A DNA stretch of 64,000 nt from a bacterium (GTDB lineage: Bacteria; UBA8248), in assembly GCA_965213685.1 (NCBI GenBank), contig CBDBZY010000051.1:160001-224000 (forward strand), in the 5' to 3' direction. The notes beneath the pieces were generated by a model. It had not been told where the DNA came from, made no database searches, and saw nothing but the letters and a program-made list of their open reading frames with translations. Within the stretch, counting starts at the first letter, position 1; the number at the start of each line of letters is the position of its first letter. Below are positions 1-16,934 of this stretch, piece after piece. A program made the translations under genes and the position numbers.

Positions 1-2053
1 GAGTCAGCCAGGCACAGAGACAGGGGGAGGGGCCGGGCAGAGGATGACTCACCAGCACATGCTCATACACCACGCCAGCATAGCCGAGGCACTCCGGCGT
101 GAGCTCATCCAATGAGTTCATGGCCACGCCCCCACAGGCCAGCGTGAGCCTCTCCATGTTCCTCCGCTTGGCTCTACGCAGCGCCACAATCCCCTCCCGG
201 GCCAGCAGGTCCAGAGAAATGGGATCTATTCCCTGAGGGAGGGAGGGAGGGAGGGAGGTATACCACCGCTTGGCTTGTGAAGCAACACACCTTCTGGTTG
301 ATTATTACAAATCCCTTCTTAGTACCATTGCAGACCTGCAGCACAGCAAGAGACATTTGTCACACCCACTATGACATCTCAAACCACACCCACTGAGGCC
401 ACACCCACTGACCTTGTTCTTCAGATCAATGACCTTCTGTACCCGGTCATCAACAAACTTCCTCTCAGCAGCCACAAGCTTCTCCCTGTCAATGGCAGAC
501 TTGTAGAAGAAGCCAGAGTTGACCTCACTGGGTGTGGGTGGGTGGGTGTGTGTGGGAGGAGGGCAGCAGTCTCAACAGGTTGGGCCACAGCCCCGCCCAC
601 CTTGCTGCTCAGCCCCACCCACCTTTTCTCATACTCCAGGGACACATTGCAGGTGAGGATGTGTGCATCCGACACTCTCTTCTTCATGTCGGGATGGCGC
701 GCCCCGTGGTCCAGCACCAGCCCCCGCACCAGCCTGCAGGCAGGCACAGCAACACCACCCCTCTCCTGGGAACTGATACCCCTACCCCTCTCTCCTCTTG
801 ACACCCCCCACCCCCCCCCACCCCTCACCCCCCTCCACCCCCCACCCCCCCACCTTGTGTCGGTGTCTGTCTTGTGCATCATCTCCATGATCTCTACCAT
901 GTGTAGATCAATAGGCTCCGCCCCCTTCCTCACTGCCAGCACTGCGTCCACCACAACCTGTGGGGGGCAGGGCAGGTGGAGGAGTGGGGAGGGGGGGGGG
1001 AGGGGGAGGGAGGAGGATGGCACAGTGACATATTCTAGGGTGTTAGGGTGCTACCTCAGTGAGGATGTCTGCCACTTTCTGACTGAGTTTGGTTCGTAGC
1101 GATGTTCTCGCCACGTGGACTAGTGTCTCCCTGTCCATTTCATGGCTCACCTTCACCTCCTCCAGTACCTGTCGCACATCACATGTCACCCATCACATGC
1201 CACCCATCACACACCCTAACACGCTCAGCGCAGAGACTCACACTCAGCGTCTTCTCTTTGGCCTTCTCCAGACCCTCTACCAGTATCCTGGGGTGGAGTC
1301 CCTGGGAGGGGGTGTGCAGCCACCGAGGAAGGGGAGGGGAGAGGAGAGGGAGAGAAATGGGAGTTGTAACACAGCAAGCAGTCAGCCCCACAGGCCACAG
1401 TACCTCAGAGATGTACAGGTCTGCCTGCTTGAGGAGCTCCCCAATGATGAGCACATTGGAGGTTGTTCCATCTCCAGTGATGTCATCCTAATGGTTGGCA
1501 CAATGCCCAGCATAATGTGCACACACACACACCTCAGCAGTGCACCAGCCACTGAGGCTGCTATAACTGAACCTCATTGCACTGTGAGGCGAGGCTCGCT
1601 GGGTTGCGACAACACTTATTGACTGATCACTGCACTCTAATGCAGTGATCAGTGAGGCTGACCTGTGCAGTGGCCACTCTGGCGATGAGAGAGGCTGTGG
1701 GGTGCTTGATTTGCTGGGGAAGATGAGGAGCACACACACACACGCACATCGAGTGCCACAGCTAGCTCAACCCGCCCCTTGCCCAACATACCATCTCGTG
1801 CAGGAGAACATTGCCATCTTTGGTCAGCTTGATATCTCCGGCCCCCGACACCAACCTGCGGGGACCAGACAATTTCAGGGACTCATACGTTATGATCTTC
1901 ACCATATTGTGCTCACATTTTCATGGTCCCCTTGGGCCCCAGGTTGGTCTTGAGGACATCCTGGAGTCCTCTGGCGGCCGACGTGTTGATAGCCAGGGCC
2001 TGTGCGGCTCGGGCTACCTCCGCCTTCGGATTCAGAGATCTCACGGCTGCCAT
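1..2053 (-). CDS. CCT6: T-complex protein 1 subunit zeta (CCT6), multi-exon; 3' end lies outside the window
   Basis: ATG at 2053 gives [46 protein letters not shown]. Later exons encode [55 protein letters not shown] and [17 protein letters not shown], all with GT-AG boundaries. Confidence 0.97.
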
Positions 2054-2155
2054 ACTCACTACGCACACGTGCACGGCTTTTTGCGCATGCGCAATAAAAA
2101 CTTAACACTACTTTGTAGTGCGTGCAATAATTGGGAATCAGCTCGGGCAGCCAGA
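2054..2155. promoter_or_regulatory. Bidirectional CCT6/MLEC promoter with NRF1-type palindrome and E-box
   Basis: 102 bp separate the divergent ATGs. TTGCGCATGCGCAA at 2081-2094, CACGTG at 2066-2071; CpG-rich. Confidence 0.6.
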
Positions 2156-3244
2156 ATGAAGGTGTGCTGGATGGCGTACCTTGCTGCCCCCTCCCTCCTC
2201 TTCCTCCTCATCCTCCCCCTGCCCTCAGCAGCATATGAAGTGGTCTATGCTGTCAACTGTGGCGGAGGAAAGCACACAGACCGGTTTGGGATCAAGTACT
2301 CCAGTGACAGCAACCCAGTGGGAATACCTTCTGACTTTGGTCGAAACTTGATAATCAGTCGAGTGCACCCAGAGGACATGGTGCTGTACCAGACAGAGCG
2401 CTACCACACAACCTCCTTCTCATATACCACCCCACTCAGTGAGGACGGGGAGTATCTCCTCATTCTCAAGTTTGCTGAAGTCTATTTCACAGCCCCAGGA
2501 CAGAAGGTGTGTGGCCACATCCCCAATTAAGTGCAGGTGGTGTTCTTGTGTGTCATTGGCTACCTCTAATGAACAATTGTCACCCCAATTCCCTCCTCAT
2601 CCCCCTTCCGCTCCTCCTCCTCCTCCTCCTCCTCCTCCCCCTCCTCCTCCTCCCCCTCAGATATTTGATGTCAACCTCAATGGGATGACAGTGATCAAGC
2701 ACCTGGACATCTTCTCCAAAGTAGGCAAGGCAGTGGCTCATGACGAGGTAGTGCAGTTCTCTCTGGAAGGAGGGCAGCTCTATGTGACCGGAGGCTCCAC
2801 TGATATTGATGGGGTGCTGTCCATACAGTTTGCTAAGGTGACCTATTACCTCATGTGAGGAGGAGTGTGCCAGCCGTTTCATCTCCCACCACAGGGCCCA
2901 GCAGACAACCCCAAGGTCAATGCTATTGTGGTGGTCAAGGGACCATTCCAGCCAAATGGTATGACAGTATGACAGAATGATTTCCACAGCAGGCCAACTA
3001 AGTCTTCTTCTCCCTCTCAGAGATCCCAGCTCTCCCTCCCCCTCAAGATGCTCCTGACAGTATGGAAGTGGATCCAGACATGGAGTGGGGTGAGCTCGAG
3101 GAGAAGAAGGAGCACAAGTTCACAAAGACCTCAGGCCCCAAGACCCAGAACCCATACATGACAGACGAGAGCTGGTTTATGCCCATCACCATAGCAATAG
3201 CAGTGTTTCTGCCTGTTCTATTCTGTCTGTGTAGGGTGAGATAA
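2156..3244 (+). CDS. MLEC: Malectin (ER carbohydrate-binding membrane protein), 4 exons
   Basis: Signal peptide followed by [39 protein letters not shown] and DNPKVNA, then an acidic linker, [10 protein letters not shown] and a C-terminal TM ending LFCLCRVR. Confidence 0.95.
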
Positions 3245-3525
3245 GTCTGGCCAGAGGCCATAGCCAGGCGCAGTGTGAGGGGACACCATCTTCCACACTG
3301 CATACTAGAAACCACTTGTGCGGCAACATACATGAGACATTAGCGGTGGTCACCAAATGTTATTACTATTGTCCATGCAACTGAGAGTCCTGTGCTACAG
3401 TTAAATGGTTTGGAGTTTAGCATAGATAATTATTCTTGGATTTCTGGTGTTAACAAAACTAACTCATGTCAACACTTGACTGGTGAAATGCAACATTAAG
3501 CCACAGAGCACACACAGGCTAGGGA

Positions 3526-4614
3526 TTAGTCCATTTTATTCTTTGCATGTCCGCAGACACAGACACTCCTCCAGATTTTCATGAACCAGTACGTTTCCAA
3601 CACCTGCCAGAGGATCATTGAGATGATGCATATTGAGTGCAGGCCATGGATGGCCTTCACCATGTCCCAGTCATGGTACTGAGCTGCATAGATCAGTATG
3701 CACAATGGCCAGTTGAGGATGCGGGTCACAAACTGCACAATGAGAGTAGCTATGCCAGTCAGCCGATACAGGGTGGTGTGTTGAAGGTTCAACTGCATGG
3801 GAGGGAAGAGCAGTGAGAGGTGAGAATAAATTAAGGCAGCCACAATTACTGTCCGCATAATCTTTTCTCCTATCTCGAGTAGTTCAAAGAAATCCCTGAC
3901 AAAGAACATGCCAATGATGAAGTCTCCCGTGTTGCGCCTCACAGCTGGGTACTGGGGAAGGAGATAATACATCTGAAATGATGGGGAGTTGTCCAGTACA
4001 ACTGCCATACCACCACAAATGGGTATCCGAGGAGGATCAGGGCTAAGTGGTGGACAATTCTTGCCCATCTCTTCTTGATGAATGCTGTTATTCTCTGAAC
4101 AAGCTGAGGGTGCTTCCAGACGTTTTTGTATGAGTAGTCGCTATCATACAGGGCGTACAGATCATAGGAAAAGAATTGGGCCAACCAGTGAGTGCACGGG
4201 ATGAGGAAAGGCGACCTGAAAATTGTGAACAAGCGGACCTCCTTTATGCGGCACCGTCGCCGTTTGGAGTACATTTACGGTGTTATTCACCTGCCAAATA
4301 TACAGTCGTAAGAGGACTGCCACACCACTACCAGACTGCAGCAGTTGGCCACGATTGCATTCACTACGGCCGTGATCCTGAGTACAGTAAGGAGCTGATG
4401 CGTAGCGGTGTCGTTTACGTGTGTCACTGTCAATAATTACTACGTACATAAACGCCATGTGAGCCACTTCTCCGTCCGAGAACTTCAACCTTTGGCCCGC
4501 CTGCCGTCTCAGGATCGGTTCAAATACCATCCGCACAACGAAAGCCTTCATCAGCTGGTAGATGCTGTAGTAGGTTAGCGCGCTACAGCAGAATATGACA
4601 AGGCCACCATCCAT
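3526..4614 (-). CDS. TLC-domain membrane protein (TLCD3/FAM57-like), tandem copy A, 5 exons
   Basis: MDGGLVIFCCS start, SYDLYALY, IVHHL, GDFIIGMFF, RILNWP and LETYWF; reading frame intact across GT-AG introns. Confidence 0.85.
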
Positions 4615-5070
4615 CTTGGCTCGTTTTCTTTCGCAACACACCACCTTCAGACGGCGAGCTAACTCAAAATTGGTTGCTGGAAAAGCCTGCCCTATTATCA
4701 TAGATACTATACCTTACCGTAAGGTATACTATTACCAACACTTTTTGTTTTCCTGGCTGTGGCGTTCTCTTCTATTCCGACTGAACCGCTTACGAGCTTT
4801 GACCGAATCGCGAAGCCAAGCCTAGGCCTATGTGGTTAACACCCACTTAATTTACTGCAACCATAGATGGGATGCTTCCTCTGTGGTGCGAGCCTTAGTG
4901 CGTGGACCGTCGCTGCGCTTGACCGTACATTAAAAACCCATTAGTCAGAATTCTAGTAATTTACTACTAGCTTTCTAACACAGAAACTAAACTGCATAAT
5001 TATGGGCCTATTGGAGTTTAGACATAATGGAACACAAAATTGAACAAGCCATGCAGACACAGGCCAGGTG

Positions 5071-6145
5071 TTAGTCAGACTTCTTCTTCACAAACTTGCA
5101 AGCTTTCCTCAGCACCATCATTAACCAGTACGTTTCCAACACCTGCCAGAGGATCATTGAGATGATGCATATTGAGTGCAGGCCATGGATGGCCTTCACC
5201 ATGTCCCAGTCATGGTACTGAGCTGCATAGACCAGTATGCACAATGGCCAGTTGAGGATGCGGGTCACAAACTGCACAATGAGAGTAGCTATGCCAGTCA
5301 GCCGATACAGGGTGGTGTGTTGAAGGTTCAACTGCATGGGAGGGAAGAGCAGTGAGAGGTGAGAGGGGAGCAGACCTGTCTTGCTCTACCAGCTTCATAA
5401 TTTGTGATCCATGTGCCAATGGGTTGAAGAAATCTCTGATGAAGAACATACCAACAATGAAGTCTCCTACGTAGCGTCTCACAGCTGGGTACTGGAAAGG
5501 GCCAGAGAGACATGAGATGATGAGGAGATGTCCTAAACTATTGCTCACCACCACCAGTGGGTATCCAAGGAGGAACAGGGCTAGGTGGTGAACAACCATC
5601 GACCACCTCTTCTTGATGAATGCTGTTATTCTCTGAACAAGCTGAGGGTACTTCCAGAGATCCTTGTAAGAGTAGTCACTATCGTACAGGGCGTACAGGT
5701 CATAGAGCACGTACTGGGCCCCCCAGTGCGTGAACGGGATGAGGAAAGGTGACCTAGAAATTGTGGACAGGCAGACACAGTTGGCAGGACATTTACTGTG
5801 CTATTCACCTGCCAAATATACAGTCGTGGGAGGCCTGCCACATCACGACCAGACCGCAGCAGCACGTCACAATAGCATTCACCAAGGACGTGACCCTGGG
5901 AGCAGTGAGGGGACTGGTACGTAGCTGTGTCGTACTTGATGAGACGGGCTACATCTCAATAGTATGTACAAATTCGCTATGTGAGCAACTTCTCCGTCCG
6001 AGAGCTTCAACTTTTGGCCAGCCTGCCATTTCAGGATCGGGTCAAAGATCCTCCGCACAAGGAAGCCTTTCATCAGCTGGTAGAGACTGTGGTAGGCTAG
6101 CGCACTACAAGAGAAAACCACAAGACCGTTAAGACCACCATCCAT
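5071..6145 (-). CDS. TLC-domain membrane protein (TLCD3/FAM57-like), tandem copy B
   Basis: Close paralog of copy A with the same exon structure; MVVHHL, GDFIVGMFF and RILNWP. Confidence 0.85.
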
Positions 6146-6154
6146 TGCGCCTGC

Positions 6155-6277
6155 TAGCCTCGTTCCGGCCCTCTGCTCGTGCGAATTTTACGCGCGACCT
6201 TTGACCCCCGTGGCTTGGGATGTGGATAAAGGTCACGTATCAACATCGCCGCGGGGGAGAGCCTGGGGACGAAGCTA
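6155..6277. mobile_element. MITE-like non-autonomous element with imperfect terminal inverted repeats beginning and ending in TA
   Basis: TAGCCTCGTTCCGGCCCTCT at the left end pairs with GAGAGCCTGGGGACGAAGCTA at the right; internal inverted pair CGCGACCTTT / AAAGGTCACG. Confidence 0.65.
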
Positions 6278-6282
6278 TGTTC

Positions 6283-6341
6283 ACCATAGATAGTAGAGTT
6301 GGAAGGACCTGCATGTGTCCTTCTACTCTACCATCTATGGT
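6283..6341. repeat. Near-perfect inverted repeat (about 25 bp stem, 8-nt loop)
   Basis: ACCATAGATAGTAGAGTTGGAAGGAC pairs with GTCCTTCTACTCTACCATCTATGGT with one mismatch, one bulge and one wobble. Confidence 0.8.
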
Positions 6342-6373
6342 CTCACAATCATTGACTCAACGCTCTCACAGAG

Positions 6374-7460
6374 CTAAAATCTGTAAATTCTTTTGAGAGC
6401 AGCTCTGAGTATCTGTATAAACCAGTAGAGCTGCAGAGCCAGTTCTGCTGCCAGAAACGCATGGCAGATCAGTCTCATGGATGAGAGGGCATTGAAGAGG
6501 CTCCAGTTGTGGTGCTGGGCAGCATAGAACAGCAATGTGAGTGGAGTGTTGGCGATGCGGGCCAGGAAGAATATGACTACTAAGACACCTCCATTCAGCT
6601 GGTACAGGGATGTGTCTTCAAGTCTGAGCTGAGGGAGAAGAGGAAGAAGTGGTGAGGGAGAGGAGAGACTCAAGGCCGCCATGACATGACATGCAAATGG
6701 TGCACATACTCGTCTCATGACTTTTGCTGCAGCAACCAGCGGAGAGCTCATCTCACGCACAAAGAGTGTGCCAACCAGAAAGTCTCCCATTCCCTTCCTC
6801 AGCCAGTCATGCTGTGGAGCAGAGCAGGCAGAGGGTGAGTCTGTGCTGAGCGAGACGGCTCACCCTGCACACAGCCCTACCACTGCCAGGGGGTATCCCA
6901 CCACCACCAGCACAAGATGGTGCACCACCATGAACAGCTTGCTCCTCACGAATCTCAGGAGACTCCCTACACTGCCCATTGGGAGGCCCTTTCCCAGGCA
7001 GAAGGTGTGGTACATGGAGAGAAGATCACACAACAGGTAGGAAAAAGCAGTGTAGGCAAAAGGAACGATGGTTTGGGACCTGCAGTGGCGACAGAGTGAG
7101 AAGGGAGGGACATTATAGAGGAAAGCTGTGATGGTTCTCACGGACTTTACCTACTGTAGAGACAGTCGTCTGCAGTCTCCCACATCACCTGCAATCCAAC
7201 CATAGACGTGGCCAACGCATGCAGGGCACTGATCACTCTGCAGCACAGTGAATACACCACTCGCTCACACCCATCAAGTATCGCTGCAGCGCTTACTTGT
7301 TTGTTATGTCTGCCACATCAGCTTCCGACAGGATCACGTCCTGTTTGTTGCTCTTCTGTAGCACGTGACTGCACACATTTTTCACAAGGTGAAACCGCAG
7401 TACGCGGTGCAGCGTACCGTACAGAACAACTCCACCAACAGACAGTAACCCTAGAAACAT
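6374..7460 (-). CDS. TLC-domain membrane protein (TLCD3/FAM57-like), divergent copy C
   Basis: MFLGLLSVGG start, MVVHHL, GDFLVGTLFVREMSSPL, IFFLARI and LQLYWFIQI; intron positions match copies A and B. Confidence 0.85.
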
Positions 7461-7513
7461 TGTAATTAGAACGCACCTAGACTGCACGTGGGTGCGCTTT
7501 TAATAGAATTTCC

Positions 7514-10446
<2,933 letters not shown>

Positions 10447-10646
10447 CCCGGCCTAACTAGCTAGCACGTCACATTGTTGTCCCCGCGTTGTTTGAATGCA
10501 CGTTCCAAACATGCGTAATGAGATGGCGGTAGAACAAAAGGAGCTTCGTTTCCGTGTGTTGTCCGTCCGGTCAGCCGCACCACACAATTCAGTTCCCTTA
10601 CAGCGCCACTCCGTGAGCTAACCACCGCTACCGAGTACCCACAAAC

Positions 10647-12571
10647 ATGTCCAAAAGTAAAGAGGCTACAGCGCGTGCAGTATGGCGACAGGCAGACGCC
10701 GTGTGTATGGACGTGGACAGCACCTTGATCCGTATCGAGGGCATCGATAATCTGGCCAAGTTGTGCGGCGCAGAAGAAGAAGTGTCCAAGCTGTAAGCTC
10801 TACGGTAGTACCGCCTATATATGGGCTAGCGATAACAGACCTTTTGTGTGACCTCTCAGCACGCGGCAGGCCATGGGAGGGTCTTTGACCTTTCGCGAGT
10901 CACTGCGAAGAAGACTGAACATCATCCGACCCAGCCAGCAGCAGGTTAGGGCTAGGGCTAGCGTGGAGTTCAGCAATGTTCCACTACAAGAGTACCACTT
11001 GAGACCAACTGTATGTCACAATACATACATGTACATACATGTACATGTATGATGTGTGTGTGCATAATTTGGTGAAGTGTGCTTGCCTCAAAACTCATCT
11101 TGAAAGGTATAATTATGTCTAAAGAGGTATGTTAGAACATTGCTCTTAGCTATAGTATGGGGCCATACGTGATTGCATCTAGCATGCATGATTGCACCAG
11201 GCACTTACATGTACATGTAGTTCACTTACATGTGCATGTAGTTCTGTGTTGCACGTGATGAGTGGCACTTAGATCTGTGTTGCATGAACTAGCAGTGCAT
11301 TCGTCACGTGTTCACTGTGTGGTGCTGCTACAGCTCCAATTTTGGTACTAAAGTAAGTTTCGCTGTACTACTTTTGGCTGAAGTTAGTTTTGTTTTTAGC
11401 TGAAGTGTAACCTTTACCAGTAAGATTGTTTCTTGTGTACTACTTTTAGGCTAATGTACTTCTTCTAGCTGAAACACATTAGCTAAGGCCTTTCTTAAAG
11501 TAGTAGATCTACATGAGTTTCGAGATGAACACATTAGGTTGATCCCATCTCCAGCTGCAATTGCATGTACAAGAGACATGTGAATGCCAGGCCCACAGCT
11601 GCACAGGTAGCTAGTGTGACTGGTTGTGCTTGTCTGTTGCAGGTGGAGCAGTTCAGTCTCCAACACACGGCAGAGAAGATCCTCACACCAGGCGTGGAGT
11701 GAGTTCCCTCCCTCCCTCCCTCCCTGACCTGCCCCGGCACTTCCTGTGCCACTCATAGGTATTCTCTGCCCACAGGAAGCTGGTCAGGCTCCTGAGGGAG
11801 AGAGGAGTGCAGCTCTACCTGGTGTCTGGGGGCTTCAGACAGCTCATCGAGCCCATCGCACAGCACCTAGATATCCCCAGAGAGAGCATCTTTGCCAACC
11901 TACTCTTGTTTGATCAAGAAGGTAACCAGTGGCAACACATGCAAATGCACACAGACCATGTGGAGGGCAGCCTGAGTGTAGTGTGTTGGATGTGTGTATG
12001 CGTGTGGTGCTGTGATGTGGTGCCTGCTCTGATGCAGGGCAGTATTATGGTTTTGATGAGTCCCAGCCGACCAGCAGCTCCGGTGGCAAGGCGCGTGTGG
12101 TGGGGTATGTCAAGAGACTCCACCAGAGGTGAGCTCTGGGCGTCAGGTGCTGGTTGGCAGCACCAACCTTTGACCTCTCTGTATGCACTCCACTTACATT
12201 CTGACGATATATACACACTCGCTACTCCACAGAGTGGTGATGATTGGAGATGGAGCCACGGACATGGAAGCTGCACCACCAGCAGTAGGTCACCTTTGCA
12301 ATAGTAGTGATGTTATGTTAACCTCCCTCCCCACTTCCCTCTTCCTCTCCCTCTTCCTATTCAGGACACATTCATTGGGTTTGGAGGGAATGTGGTGAGG
12401 GAGAAGGTGCTGCAGGAAGCAAGCTGGTATGTGTACAGCTTCCAAGAGCTCATTGATGAACTGGAGTCAGAGGAGGGTGGTGTTGGGGACACACACAGTA
12501 AGGACATCTCCCTCACCAGGATGGGTGTGCTGTGTTCCCCTACAGAGATGTGTAATAGTGAACAGGCTTAA
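10647..12571 (+). CDS. PSPH: Phosphoserine phosphatase (HAD family), 7 exons
   Basis: AVCMDVDST (motif I), TRQAMGG, LVSGGF, GGK, MIGDGATDMEA and FIGFGGNVVR; stop TAA at 12569-12571. Confidence 0.95.
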
Positions 12572-12665
12572 GATTAGCCATCCTCATGACTGTGACAGCA
12601 ATCTGGCATTTATTTATTGTATATATCACACTCTCCTGGAAAATATCACATCATTGAAGTTTGAG

Positions 12666-12721
<56 letters not shown>

Positions 12722-12817
12722 CGTCCACAGCCAGCTTCAGCAAAAACAGAGAAACATAGCAGTGAATGTCATGGCTATTATTAACTGAAGTCAACAGCGC
12801 CTGTGCAGCTCAGAGAA

Positions 12818-15370
<2,553 letters not shown>

Positions 15371-15474
15371 TTTTCCTCGCGATCCTGTGGCGTGAAGACC
15401 AGAGTGCAGGGCAGCTAGAGTACGGAGAATGAGCAGCCAAGACCAATAATAAGGTCATGAAGGTCATCGTCAAT

Positions 15475-16797
15475 TTGTTTCTTGTGTACTCCTTTTAGGG
15501 TAATATAGGGATTCCATGGTATATGTACTGAGAGTAGCTGCAGATGCTTGGAACACAGCACAACGTTTCACCCTTTGGCTTCTTCAGGTGCAAAGGACAC
15601 AATTTCTTTTAGCTGAAGCACCATTAGCTAAGGCCTTTCTTAAAGTAGTACAACTCACATTAGGTTGCTCCCATGTGTCCAGTTGCAATTGCACTCACAC
15701 AACTAGTTCTGTGTCCACTTCATACAACTACTCTGTAAGTATGTTCCCATGGAAACAGCCAATCAAAAACATACATGGTTACATAATGTTATGTAACAAG
15801 AGACCGGTGAATGGGCCACACCCACAGCTGCACAGGTAGCTGGTGTGACTGGTTGTGCCTGTCTGTTGCAGGTGGAGCAGTTCACACGGCGGAGAAAGTC
15901 CTCATATTGGGAGTAGAGTGAGTTCCCCCTCACTAGCCCCGACACTTAATTCCTGCTCCACTCATAGGTATTCTATACCCGGTCAGGCTCCTGAGGGAGA
16001 GAGGAGTGCAGCTCTACCTGGTGTCTGGGGGCTTCAGACAGCTCATTGAGCCCATCGCACAGCACCTAGATATCCCCAGAGAGAGCATCTTTGCCAACCT
16101 AACCAGCGGCAACACATGTAAATGCACACAGACCATGTGGAGGGCAGCCTGAGTGTAGTGTGTTGGATGTGTGTATGCGTGTGGTGCTGTGATGTGGTGC
16201 CTGCTCTGATGCAGGGCAGTATTATGGTTTTGATGAGTCCAGCCGACCAGCAGCTCCGGTGGCAAGGCACGTGTGGTGGGGTATGTCAAGAGACTCCACC
16301 AAAGGTGAGCTCTGGGCGTCAGGTGCGGGTCGGCAGCACAACCCTTGACCTCTCTGTATGCACTCCACTTACATTCTGACGATGCACACTTGCTACTCCA
16401 CAGAGTGGTGATGATTGGAGATGGAGCCACGGACATGGAAGATGCACCACCAGCAGTAGGTCACTTCTGCAATAGTAGTGATGTTATTTTAACCTCCCTC
16501 CCCACTTCCCTCTTCCTTTTCAGGACACATTCATTGGGTTTGGAGGGAATGTGGTGAGGGAGAAGGTGTTGCAGGAAGCAAGCTGGTATGTATAGAGCTC
16601 ATTGATGAACTGGAGTCAGAGGAGGGTGGTGTTGGGGACACACAGTATGGACATCTCCCTCACCAGGATGGGTGTGCTGTGTTCCCCTACAGAGATGTGT
16701 AATGGTGAACTGGCTTAAGATTAACCATCTTCATGACTGTGACAGCAATCTATATCACACTCTCCTGGAAAATATCGCATCACTGAAGTTTGAGTAT
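15475..16797 (+). pseudogene. PSPH: 5'-truncated PSPH pseudogene
   Basis: Lacks exons 1-2 (no DxDST motif) and has deletions in exons 3-4. A 10-bp deletion in the last exon gives TGG TAT GTA TAG. Confidence 0.9.
15558..15591 (-). ncRNA. Minimal type I hammerhead ribozyme-like motif (Penelope/retrozyme type)
   Basis: Minus strand reads GCAC CUGAAGA AGCCAAAGGGU GAAAC GUU GUGC: 4-bp stem I, catalytic core, short stem II and palindromic ACGU helix III. It lies in an insertion absent from the sister copy. Confidence 0.6.
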
Positions 16798-16934
16798 TAT
16801 TTTGATTATCTTATCATAACCCTTGACTATGGTATGGCAGCTGTCCTACAATGGGATATGTGTGGTACATGGGTAGGTATATATAACACACACACACAGG
16901 ACTAGTGCTGGTGCAGTGGCTGTGTTCACACTAA

